Source: Oikopleura dioica (Eukaryota > Animalia > Chordata). From it: a stretch of DNA of 64,000 nucleotides. Below, piece by piece: positions 21,921-33,816 of the stretch. The position numbers and the translations under genes are program-made. How positions within the stretch are numbered: position 1 is the stretch's first letter; every line of letters begins with the position of its first letter. Under the pieces are notes generated by a model. That model had not been told where the DNA came from and made no database searches. It saw only the letters and a program-made list of their open reading frames with translations. Where the stretch lies: contig OU015568.1 in the NCBI GenBank assembly GCA_907165135.1, positions 11,160,001 to 11,224,000 on the forward strand, written 5' to 3'.

Positions 21921-24900
21921 TCACTGCTGCTTGCAGTTCTCATCTTCTTCTTTTTTCGATGAAGCGCGAGATCGTGAGGCTCGTGTGTTGCGCGCAGGAG
22001 ACTCATCTTCAAGCTTCATTTTAACGACCTTCTTCTCTTCTTTGCACTGCGTCTTTGGAGCTTCTGGCGCATTTTGTGTAGTGCCACCAATCAATGCCTG
22101 AGTCGACAAGGGAGGCCGAGGAGGAGCAGCGGCGGACTTGAGCGAAGCGACTTGCTTCTGAAGTTCCTCGGCTTTTTTCTGAAAAGAAAGTTTATTTTAA
22201 ATTATGAAGGAAGCCGTACCTTTTCTTCGTTGAAAAGTTTATAATATTTTTGAAGCTTTTCACGCATCAGTTTCCATTCTTCCTCACTCTTGGTCATTTT
22301 TTGAGTCTCGAGCTAGAAAAAAAGCTAAAAAAGGGAGGACATTATCTGTTTATACCATGTTCTTGTACTGATTCTTTCGCTTTTCCATCTCCACTAGCGT
22401 CCTTTTGAGCTCGTCCTTGTCCTTTCGCAGGCGTTGAATGACTTCATCAGACGCTTCCGAGCTCTTTGCAAGTCGAACTTCGCGATTTAGCCTTTCGACG
22501 TCGTTTTCGAACTTGCGAACGACGCTTTCGAGCTCAATAACTTTGTCCGTCTTCTCAGATAGGAGATTCTGGTTCTTTTTGAACTCTTGCTCGAGCATTT
22601 GAGCGATGTTCTCTTTCGTCGCGAGTTTTCTCTTGAGTCCATCCTGAAAAACGAAGTCAATTGAAGTCAAGGAAGAGTCAACAAACCTGCTCGGACTCAA
22701 TTTTCTCATACTCGCACTTGAGCTTGCGGAAGTTGAGATCTTTGTCTTCAATTTCGTCGCGCACCGACTCAACCTCTTTCTTGAACGCCATCTAAAGATA
22801 AATTTAATTAAGAAGAAAATGGCGCTGTTATCTTACCAAGGTGTCTTCCAGATTCTTTATCTGTCTGTCTTTGCGCAAGATCTCTTCTGGATCGACTTCA
22901 CGCTGCTTCTCCTCCAACGAGCGCTTGGCATTTTGAAGCTCTTTGACCTCATTTTCCAAGAGTGCGATCTTCTCATTTTTCTCAAAGATTTGCGTGTCGA
23001 GCTCACCAAATTTTCGTTGAAGAATTTCGACTTGCTTTTCAAACACGCCAGAATCCTTTTCAGATTGGGCCAAAGAAGCTTCCGTCGCAGCGAGCTTGTT
23101 TTCGATCGTTTTTCGCTTCTCAACTTCTACAAAAGGGTTTAAAATTGATTCGATAATTCCTTTTTAGACCTTGCTCGTTGAACTCGCACGCTTGCTCGAG
23201 GCGCTTTCTGAGATGCTCATTCTCGATCTTCGTCTTTTCGTTTCCAGTACTGGACTCTTGAAGAACTTCGTACTTGACCTTGACTGCTTCCAGTTCGTCG
23301 ATCGTCTTGAACAGTGTTGCGCGTTCCTCATTCAGCTCAGAGACTTGGATTTTGAATTCTGTCAGCTGAGCATTCTTCTCTTCCAACTCTTTGTTGAGGC
23401 TTTCTTTCAGCGGCTCATCTTTTTCGCGGGCCGAAGTCAATTCTTCGATCTTTTCTTGGAAGCTCTTGAACTGCATCGCACTCTGCAGGAGCATCTCTTC
23501 CTGATGAGCTTTCTCTTCTTTCAGGGCCTTGTTTTCTTCGTAGAGCTCTTTATTCTTTTCGAATAGCTCTTGGCAGGATATATTTGCCTCTCCAAGTTCT
23601 TTACGGATCACATCGAGCATGTCCAATTTCGAAGCACTTGATTTCGCGTCTTCTGAAGTCTCGTTGATCTTTGCCATCAGCTCATTTATCCTTTCTTCCT
23701 TCAGGAGGAGGTCGTTCTCGAAGGCCTTGGATTGACTCTGGACAGCTAGAAGCTCATTCGCTTTTTGATCAAGTTGATCTCGGATCGTTGCCATCTCATC
23801 CTTCAATTTCGTGCTTTCTTGCGCGAATTCTTGAATAGTCGCCTAGGGATATGAATTTACAATTATCCGCAAAGAATAGTTAAATTTACCTCATATTTTT
23901 TGCACTCTTCACCGGAAGCAGTGATCTGCTTCTCGATCTCATTTTTGAGGTCAGCAACTTGGGCATCGAGATCAGCAAGGCTCGACGATTTGGACTTTAG
24001 TTCTGCCTCAAGCTCTTGAACTCTTGCGTTGCTTATGGTTGCAGCCTGTGAGCCACTGGCTTCAGCTTCCATCAGCTTTGAAACTGTCAAAGACAGATCA
24101 CTTTGAAGCGCCTCAATCTTTACTTGAGTTTCCTGGAGCATCGCCTGATGAGCAGAAGAAATTTCGTTCAATTTTGAGGCCAGCTCGTCTCGTTCAGCCG
24201 TAACTGATTGGAGCTTTTCATTCAAGGTTTTCAGCTCGGATTTGAGCGAGTCTATCTCGGCGGAGTCATCTGGAATCTAAAATTTTCATTAAGATTTTTA
24301 TTTGAAATTTTTCTCCCACCGCTGATGTGTTCATCGAGCATGAGAAAACTTCTGGCCGGGGAAGGGAAGTTATCGTCATCGTTTCGGTGACCATGGCAGA
24401 CTCTGGCTCCTGGACTGATGTGTTCATTGCAGCATCCATCATCGCGCTCTTCTCGACAACAGAGGTGTTCATCTGGCCGTCGACTTTTTCAGGCTCAGAA
24501 ATTGAAGTATTCATGCCTCCTTCGACAGTTTCAGTTGCAAATGATGTGTTGATCGAAGCATCATTGAGTTCTTTCTTGGTAGCGAGGATTTCTGTCTCAA
24601 GCTTCGTGACAAGAGCTCGGCTGTTTTCAAGCTCAACTTGAAGATGCTCGACTTGCCCTTTGGATGCGCTGATCTCGCCTTCAAGTTCGCTGATTCGGTC
24701 ACAGATGATGGCTCTTTCATTTTGGAACTCGCGAGCACTCTCCTCAAGTTTTCTAATCTTTTCATCTCGGTCATCTTCTTGAGGTTCAGCTTGATGACCA
24801 AAATCAATTGAGTTCTTTCTGGAGGGTCCATTGGAGTCTGCATCGGCGATACCGAGCATGGACATTTCAGTTCTGCTTAATGCTGGCGTGGGCTCTTCTT

Positions 24901-27900
24901 TCATGCTGATTTCAACCGCGCTTGATCCGGACACATCAATTACATCGCAGATTCCCATGTCTGATAATCGTGGCTTTTTGAATGATGAAGTGCTTTCCTC
25001 CTTGATCTTCATAATCTCCAAATTGAGATTTTGGATAAGCTCATCTTTCATACGAATCTTTTCCTGCAGATCTGCAACCTGAGCGGCGAATGAAGCTTTC
25101 TCCTCCGCGTAAGTTGACTCAAGTGCTTCTTTAGCTTTAGTGAGCGAGGAGAGTTCTTGGTGGATGAAGTCGTGATCGGACTGGAGTTTCTTGAGCTCTT
25201 CAGTCTTCATGTTTATGTCAGAAATAGAATCTTCATGTCGCGACTTGATGTTATTAATCGCATCAGACAAGAGTTCTGTCTTTGCTTTAGCGTCGGCCAT
25301 CGCAAATTCAAGCTCTTTCTCGAGCTCACCAACTTTAGTAGAAAGCTGAACCTTATCACCAACAGCCAGCACGTGATCAGACTGAAGTTGATTCAGAGCT
25401 TCAACCTTCGATGTAAGATCAGCTCTTGAAGAAGCTAACTCATTCTCGAGGGCATCGAGTTTTGAAGCCAACTCATTTTTACTGGCAAGAACTGCAGTGT
25501 GTTCAGTCTGAAGCTCGTTGAACGTCTTCGCATTCGCATCAGTCACATCGAAAAGTTGCTTCTCCTGAGTATCAATTCGAGAAAGAAGTTCATTTTTCTC
25601 AGCAACTATTGCGACGTAATCAGCTTGAAGTTTCTGGAGCTCTTCCGTTTTTGCATTTTTATCGGCGATGGCAGCCGCAAGTTCAGATTCGAACCCGATT
25701 ACTTTCGCAGCGAGTTCCTCTGATCGAACTACTTGTAGGTTAAGCGATTCGATCTTCTCTTGGAGTGGAGCTGTGAACCCTTCAGCGTTAGCACGCGCTT
25801 CCGAAAGTTGTACGTTGAGATCTCGCACTTGCTCTTGAAGGAAGATCATTTCTGGCGAATCGGGCATATCTTGATCAATTGTAGTGCCACAAGAGTTAAC
25901 TTGCACCGTCGCTTGAATTGTAGCGTCGGTGCTTGCCTTCTCGGTCTGGCTTACATTTTCACAAGTCGTCTTCACTCGCACAGTATCGCGGAAAACAGAG
26001 AGTTCAGCAGTTAGCTCCTCGATACGTCGCTTGTTCTTATCTTTCTCCATTTCGAGTGAGTATTCAAGTTCAGCATTGACTTGAGCGAAATGTTGGTTTT
26101 CTTTTGCACTGGTCTCCGCTGATTTGAGTTTCTCATTTGACTCGCTCAGATTTGACTCAAGCACCGAAATCTTGCATTCAAGTTCGTGGAAGTCCGCCTC
26201 AGTTCGTTTGAGATGCGCTTCGTTGATTGAGCTTATATCCGTTAAACTCGACAAGTTCTCCAGCTGCGATTTTAGGAGAGAGTTTTCTTTTCGCAAAGAT
26301 TCGTTCTCAGCATCAACGCTTTTTCTGGCCTCATTTTCCAAATTGAAGAATTCCTTCATCTCCTCAATTTCTTTTTTCGCCGCGATTTCGCTCGACTCTG
26401 GCTCAGTAGATTTGACTTCTGGAATCTCTTTCAAGCTTGCATTTTCTTCTTGGAGAATTTTGATTTGTTCTTGAAGCTTCTCATTCTCCTGGATTTGCTT
26501 GTCAAGATCAGCGAGAATGTCTTCGTTGATTGCAAATGCTTGAGTAAGCTGAGTGCTATCCCCAGGCTTGATAGGCGACTTCGAAGGAGTCGGCAGCTCT
26601 TGATCTTTGATCTTGCGTTCATTTAGCTGGGTTTTCAGATCTTCATTCTGAGAAGAAAGAATCTCCCTCTCTCTAGCTTCTTTTTGCAACGATTCTGCCA
26701 AATCTCGAAGATGTTCTTTCAAATTGGCGACCTCATCGATAGTGGAAGTGTTGAGGGAATGGCTTCTTTGCGACTCAAGATCTTTGATCTGTTCGTTTAG
26801 CAGTCGGATCTCGTTGCTTTTCAGATCAAGTTGTTCCTCCAGAGTGTTGACGAACTTCGCTTTCTCCTGCAATTGAACATGAAGACTCTTGATCTGACCG
26901 ATAAATTGATCAGGACTTTGAGCATCGCCCCACAACTGAAGTTTTTCATCGAGTTTAGCCGATTTCACTGCAAATTCCTCCTCCATCGTCGCCATCTTCT
27001 CTTTCAGCAAGATATTCTCTGCTTCCAGATCTTGCATTAATTTCGTCGCGTCAAAAGAAGTGCTCTGCTTCACTTCTTCGAGTGCAGCTAGCTTCCTCCG
27101 CAAGTCTTGATTTTCATGTTTCAGCTCCGCTATGTCATTCTCATTTTTCGGCTCCTCTGGAACAGGCTCCATTTTTTGAGACTCTAACGTTTTAATCTTC
27201 TCTAACGCCTCTGCATAGCTTTTTTCAAGCTGATCATACTGCGCCATGCTCACTCTCGAAACCTGGATCTCCTCGGACAGACCTTCTGCTGAGCTTCTCA
27301 TTTTCTTTTGAACTTGAATATTTCGCTTATTTGGCGATAATTCAGAGAGTGTTCGTTTCTTGCCCGGGTTGAGCTGTTTGATCTTCGCCATTTCTTCCTC
27401 CTCGTCGAGTTTATCAAGGAAATCAGAAGCGGGAACGAAGTCATTTTCGTCGTTGACAATGGTCATTGAAGACGGAGGCCGTTGAATAGCGTCGTTTGAT
27501 TGCCGCTTGAAGACTGTTGCTGGTTTCTGATTGGGATGCCAGGTCATTCGCCGTGCAGGCATCTTCGGCTGCTCTTGTGGTGCGAGATTGGAATTGATGA
27601 TCATCTTTTGAAGGACTTCTATTCGCCGCCGCATCTCTTCCTCGTTGCCGCTGTCAACTTTCGTCTCGTTCTCAACAGCTTCAGTTGGGTAAGCCTTCAT
27701 GCGTTCACACTCTGCGCGGAGTCGCTTGATTTCCTTCTCCTGCTTCGAGATGATCGTGTCTTTGCTAATGACCTGGTTGATCTTAACCGAGTTCTTGATC
27801 ATCTTTGCGCTAGCGGAGAAGTTGAGCGAACTCTTCGTTTCTTGACCTGAAGCTTGAGTCAAGGTGCAGATTATTGCTGTCCGTGCGTTTCCACCAAGAG

Positions 27901-28899
27901 CCGGAGACAGGATTCGTGTGAGCACGGAATCACGGTAGGAGACATGAGATGAGTTGGTGGTCAGCTCGTTGATGACTCGCCCAAGCATGAAGAGCGACTT
28001 GTTGATGTGGCATCCTTCTTTCAAAGTCTGTCCACTAGCACCAGTCTGCGCCGCTCGCTCTGAACCCGCGAGATCTACGAGATTCAGTTGCGAGATCGTG
28101 ATGTCGTTGGGCGCGTCTTTTAGGCGCGATTCGATTCGCAACCGAAAAAGCGCGTGCGATCGCGATGAATGCTCGTTCATGTTGGTCGCCGCTGTTGATC
28201 TTGATTTGTCGCCCTGATCGAGAAAGCCGAGTATCTGATCTTTTGAGGCTACCAAAGGTTTGTTGATGCCATCAACAACAACAGTTCCGTCGGGATTCTC
28301 AACGACAAACGGCTTTTTCGAAGACACGGTCTCCTTCGTGCTGAAAAAGCGAATAATTCAATCGGAAGTTTTATATTTTAGCTTACCTGAGCAAGTCACG
28401 GATCTGTTCATTGTAAATCTCAATGTACTCCATCTGCATCATGAACTCGCGCTCGTGGCAGTGAGAGATCGAGTCGCAAATCTCCATCACTGCGAGTGGA
28501 ATGACGCCGAGTTCGCCGTGGTAGCCGCGCATAGTGAACGTCTTTCCAGAACCAGTCTGGCCATAGGCAAAGACCGTCCCATTGTAGCCCTCCAAGGCTT
28601 TCTTTACGATAGGCTGGACGACCTAAAGAAAGCATAACTACTTTAGAGAATTTTTCATGTTCTCACCTTATCGTAGACGCATTTGTTTGTGGACTTTGTG
28701 TCGAAGACGTTGTCGAATCCCCAAACTTTGTCATTCTCGTTGAGAATGACTTGGTTCTCCGACCAGGTCCAGTTGTAGGCCCGGCCTTCCTCACTAAGGT
28801 AAGTTATAGAAATGTTTTCTCTGGTCGTACTTACTTTATAGTTTGCTCTCTCTTAACTAGCGGTCGCCATCGGACGGAGACGATCACGTTCTCTGCCAT
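21921..28899 (-). CDS. CENPE: Centromere-associated kinesin-7 (CENP-E)
   Basis: N-terminal motor (AYGQTGSGKT, NEHSSRSH, LVDLAGSE), RRMTW PP1-docking-like motif, very long coiled coil, and C-terminal CKQQ (compare CENP-E CKTQ farnesylation box). Confidence 0.88.
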
Positions 28900-29253
28900 T
28901 TTGAGGGATCGCTGTCTGAATAAAAATTTGAAATTTAGACAAGCTATTACGAGAAAAGATAGTTCTAGAGATTGCCTTGAGTCTTTATAGCGTCTAAATT
29001 AGAGGCATGTTCGCGGGACAAGTTTACTAGTCTAAGACATAATCTCTTCATAATTTTAATATCTCTATATTAAAACGCTTTAGAGGCCAAAACGCTGGAC
29101 TGGCAGAGTTACAGCGATGGCAGCAAGCGTGGTCCTCTTTCGAGCCGACCGTTTGGGCGCTGTCCAATCTGAACAAAATATGATTTTATCGACAAGCGTA
29201 ATGCGACCCATCACGCGGGTAAACAGCTCCAGAGCCGTGATATAAATTTATGG

Positions 29254-31214
29254 TCAGGCTTCCATGGATGTTTCAAGGGTGGCTTCATCGAGCACTTCGC
29301 TCTTTCTTCTAACGAGGGGCAGTCGGGTGTTTGGCAGTTCTGCCGAGCGGCTAAAAAAAGATGAAATTGAATGTTTTCAAATTGCACCTCGTTAAACTTT
29401 CAATCATTCCAATACAGTTGTTACATTCTTTGATCAATCTCAGCTCCTGGTTGACCTTATGATTCAATGCCTTCATTAATTTCAACAGCGTTTCCGATCG
29501 CGCCGCTTTCTGTGAGTATAAATCAATCACTTTTTCCAATACAATTATCAACATCGGTTGCCAATTGAGGTCGGTGAGGTATCTTTTTCGGTTTTTAATA
29601 ATATTTATAAATATTTTCTTCCCCCTTTTTTATTGAACTTTCAAAACCTTTGCCTTCCTAGAAATCTGAGAATGGAAGCTACTTCAGCTTCGCTTCTGCT
29701 TGACATAGTTTTTTCGAGAACATTTCGTCGATGGAGCTCTTCAAAGATAGCAACCAACACTTCTGGTCGCTTCCGTCTAAGAATTTGATTGAAATCTTCG
29801 GCCTGATATTAGTTGATCACCTGATGTTATAACCGAGACCCATCGAAAGGACTTTCTTGTACTCGAACTGGCGGAACAGCTTGTTATATCTGTTTTCATG
29901 CGATTTTCGTTTGTGACTTGTTTCATTATCGATCTTGACAGGGTCCTGGCCGTCATCTTTTCTTTCGACTTTATATGTGTAGGCCTGATCAGCGTTAGGC
30001 TTCTTCTGAAAACTACCGCCTTGCTCAAGCTCCTTGTACAAATGTTTTTCGCCTTCCGGGACATTTCTTAATAATACGTTCTCTTCCTTGATTTCAAAAT
30101 TGATCCTTACTTGATAATATGTTCATTTCTATGCCGGACAAACAGATAACCGCCCGCAGTTCCCGCCGCCAGCGTTCGATCTCCGTTACTCAACGCCATC
30201 GAGAGTACAGGAGCATCGAACTCGACTGTAGCCGCACGACTGTAATCATTCATCTCGAAGATGTTCACGCGCTTGTCAAGACCAGCTGTGAGCAGTTTTG
30301 TGTGACTGTCGTTGAAGCAAATTGAGCTGACGTTTTTCGTATGATTTGAGATAGTCGTTAAAAGTTTCTTCCTGTGTGTGTCCCATACTTTCACTGGAAA
30401 TTCAGTTAGACTCTGTTACAAGCAAAAATATTACCAATAGGTCCTCCAGCAGAGACAATAAGCGATAAAGACGGGAATACCGCGACTGATTCGACAAAAC
30501 TGCCATGATTGAAGGACATCGTAATCTAGGAAATACGGTAATGATTGACGTCATAATTGTCTATTACCTCGTTAGCCCGCATATCAAGCATATTGACCGT
30601 ATTATCATATCCTCCAGAGCAAAAGATATTCGGATCATTTGGCGCAGCTGCTCCAGCTCGGACGTAATCATTGTGAACCAGCATCTCTGACACTTTATCG
30701 CCTCTCGAAACATCCCAAAGCTTCACTTTCCCGTCATCGGCACCAGATACGATGCATTTTCCATCAGCAGTGAATGTCGTCACCTGACAGCAATCGTGGT
30801 GAGCGGCGAATTCGCGAAGAGGAGCACGGGCAAGAGTACCCTTATCGAACACACGGACGACTCCTTCCTCAGAGCCGGCGCAAATTAAGTTTCCATCGTT
30901 CCTCCAGTTTCCGCTGTAGCACTTCTCGCTAGAAAGATCATCAGTTATTTTCAATCAAAAGAGAGAACGATTTACCGAAATCGAGTGAAAGTTTTTCCGA
31001 TTTTGGCAGATTGTCTTGAAAATATTCTCATGTGGAATCCAGATGTAACAAGCAGCTCATGAGGCGCATGAGGGTTGAACGATACATGGCTAATATTGTT
31101 GTCTTCTTTGACTGTGGTGGGAAATTGAAAACTCCAGTAGGGATCGTTTCTCTCTAGCTGGTCGAATTTCGTTGATCTAACGAGAGACAGCCTCTGGAAA
31201 CTATTCGAAGCCAT
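29254..31214 (-). CDS. UTP15: U3 snoRNA-associated protein 15
   Basis: WD40 repeats (RNDGNLICAGSEEGVVRVFD; VSGADDGKVKLWDV; SGGYDNTV), AYTY motif, RQFEYKKVL and helical C-terminus. Confidence 0.85.
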
Positions 31215-31339
31215 TCTATATCGAAATAATTTTGATTGATGAAGCTTATCATCGTTTATTTTTGTGCAGGTGTCGATAAAAGCAGCCACTTTTTTAACTT
31301 AGGCCAGTCAGTCCAGTTTTCATGTAGAAACTTTCTGTA

Positions 31340-32168
31340 TTCGGCTATTCTTTCTTCTGATAATCCGTAATCGTTCTTTTCTTTTGAACATTTCTCATTC
31401 AAACTAAAATAGGTTTAATAAATCGACCAGTTATTTTTTATTTACTTTTTGTAAAAATCATGAACTTCGTTTTCTGAATGACGCAGAGTGTAATTCGTTT
31501 GCCTCAGAATCGCGAGTAAACAAACAAGATGCTGTTCGGTGCCAAATTTAAGAAACTTCAGAGCTTTCGCCCAGAGTTGTGGCTCGTCCATGTGGATACC
31601 GACGACATCTATTCCAAATTCTAGAGCCATCTCAGCAGGCAAAGAGTCCAGCACAGCGTTGAAGAGGGAGGTTTTCATTTCGTCATTGCTGCATGTTTTG
31701 AAATGATCTAAAACACATGCGAAGGAACAAACTACGTTTGAGTTTACCTTTAAACCGAGCTAACGCGTCGTCGAATCGTTCTAATTTAGCTAAACAAATC
31801 GGAATCGCCTCGCTCAGCTCTCTTCTCAATACAGAATTCTGCTTCGTACAAGTTTCATAGCTTTCAAGATACAATTCTAGCGCTTTCTCAATATCATCTT
31901 TCATGATGAAAAAGTAATCTCCAGATGACTTCAGCCTCAACGCTTTTCTGTCCAACTCCTGGAAGATATCTTGCTGAACGTATTTGTCCGGGTGATTGAA
32001 GCAGTCAACAACTTCTGGGTTCTCTTGTTCGACTTTGCTGAGGAACCACATTTTCTCTCGCTGATTGGGGACATATGATTCTATATCATTTTTACGCACA
32101 TGTATCTTCTTCGTTTTCTCGACTTTTTCTTCGTCTTCGAATATATCTGGATCGCAGAACAGCTCCAT
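31340..32168 (-). CDS. TPR-like protein resembling C8orf76
   Basis: FEDE..YVPNQREKMWF..LKSSGDYFF..KALELY..RRELSEAIPICLAKLERFDDAL pattern. 3' end approximate. Confidence 0.6.
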
Positions 32169-32364
32169 CCTCTTAAAATAAAACCAATCATTAGATTGAA
32201 ATTAAGAGAATCTATTGAGCAAGAATTTGAAGTTTTCGAAAAGAATGAGGTAACACACTGTAACTGCTCATGTACAAGAATGATTAGCGATTTAATTTAA
32301 ATAATCTATTTGGTTTTGGGAACTATTAGGAAATAAGGTACACGAAGAGCGAGAGTAGAGAGGT

Positions 32365-32999
32365 TTAGATCTCTCTGTGCGAAACAAACGACATAAAGAT
32401 TGTCCAAAAGAAGCCAATCACACGAACGAAAATAACTTGATAAGCCACGGGAATAAGATAAAAGTTAAAGAACTGGACGGGACCCCACACTTGCCAATTC
32501 TTGATCAGAATTGTTTGATAATCGGACTCGATTCGCTTCTTGATCTTCACCAATGAACTTCCCTGGAGGGCTTCGTTGGTGCAAAGGAAGAGCGTTAGAG
32601 TAACGGGGATGATGAGTAACTGGTCGATGGAGGTTTTCTTGACTACATTAGCCAAGGTTGCTTTCGGCCAAACACGTGAGGCGAACAAAAACCTTCAAAT
32701 AAACATTAACTTTTTCAATTCAAAAAGAGGCTACCATTTATAGCCTAAAGGCGTCCAAACAAAAGTACTGAAACATGCCATTCTCACTGTACGAACATGA
32801 TCCTGGTCTTTGAAAAGCGTTTTCCCTTCGACTGCATTCTGGGCGACAGTATCTCCAGCAAGGGCGACCACGGACGCAAAGATCATTTGCGTCTGAAACA
32901 AAAATGTCAATTTCCTGAAAAAATCAAACAAAAACTTACCCGTAGTGGCCTTTCTTTTAATTCATGCTGAAACTTCCGTAGAAGAACCCATCTGCCCAT
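32365..32999 (-). CDS. Mpv17/PMP22 family membrane protein (paralogue 3)
   Basis: ALAGDTVAQ..DHVRTVRM; KKTSIDQL; NWQVWGPVQFFNFYLIP. ATG directly after a TTTAG acceptor. Confidence 0.88.
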
Positions 33000-33081
33000 C
33001 TAAATAGAGTTTCAAAGCGTGAGGAAGGATAAATACAGTTAGTTATATTTGGCAGGTACATACAGTATACAAATGACTGAA

Positions 33082-33721
33082 CTATCTCAGATGCGAGTGC
33101 GCCTTCCAGGATACGTAAATATTCCAGAAAAACGCAACAACATTAATATAAATAACTCGATAATTGAGAGGCATAAAGTAAAAGTTGATAAACTGAGTAG
33201 GAACCCAAACTTGCCAATTCGCAACAATCATCGAGGTAAAATCACGCTCGATTTTCTTCACACCGCTATCAACGCCTCTTCCATCCAACACTAAAGGAGA
33301 CAATACGACGCTGGAATTCTATTTTCGCTTTACCTTCATTTATCATCAAGAAGCAACACATCAAAATCGACGAAATAATCAACTGATCTACCACAACCTT
33401 CTTTATCATTGATGCCGGACTTGTACCGGGAAAGAGCCGTTCCGCTAGAACCATCCATTTTGAGCAAAGTGGCGCGTAGTAGAAGAATCCGAAACCAGCC
33501 ATTTTCAAAGTTCTCGCAAAATTGTGCACTTCTGGCTTTTCAAAGACTTGCTGGGCCAGACAATCGCCCAGGGCGCAAAGAGTACCAGCAGTTATGCACT
33601 AAAATTTGCTTTAGAATAACTTTCTCCTTACCTATCCTTTCTTCCTTACCTGTGTTAATAAGGGTCGTTTCTGCAGCATCTGGTCATACCTAGCGGCAAG
33701 GCGTACTGCAAAGAATCGCAT
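33082..33721 (-). CDS. Mpv17/PMP22 family membrane protein (paralogue 4)
   Basis: QKRPLLTQ; HNFARTLKM; KKVVVDQL; NWQVWVPTQFINFYFMPLNYRVIYINVVAFFWNIYVSW. Confidence 0.88.
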
Positions 33722-33816
33722 AACAATTTCGTTCCCTTCTATCTAAATGAAAGGTCACTGTTTCGGCGCTTTAATCATATCAAAACGGAACAGAAACAAA
33801 CAGAGATTGGCTGAAA

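Noticed and set aside
22819-28217. Many plus-strand ORFs of 60-130 aa opposite CENP-E
   Set aside because: Antisense shadows of a biased coiled-coil coding sequence; no independent motifs or splice structure.
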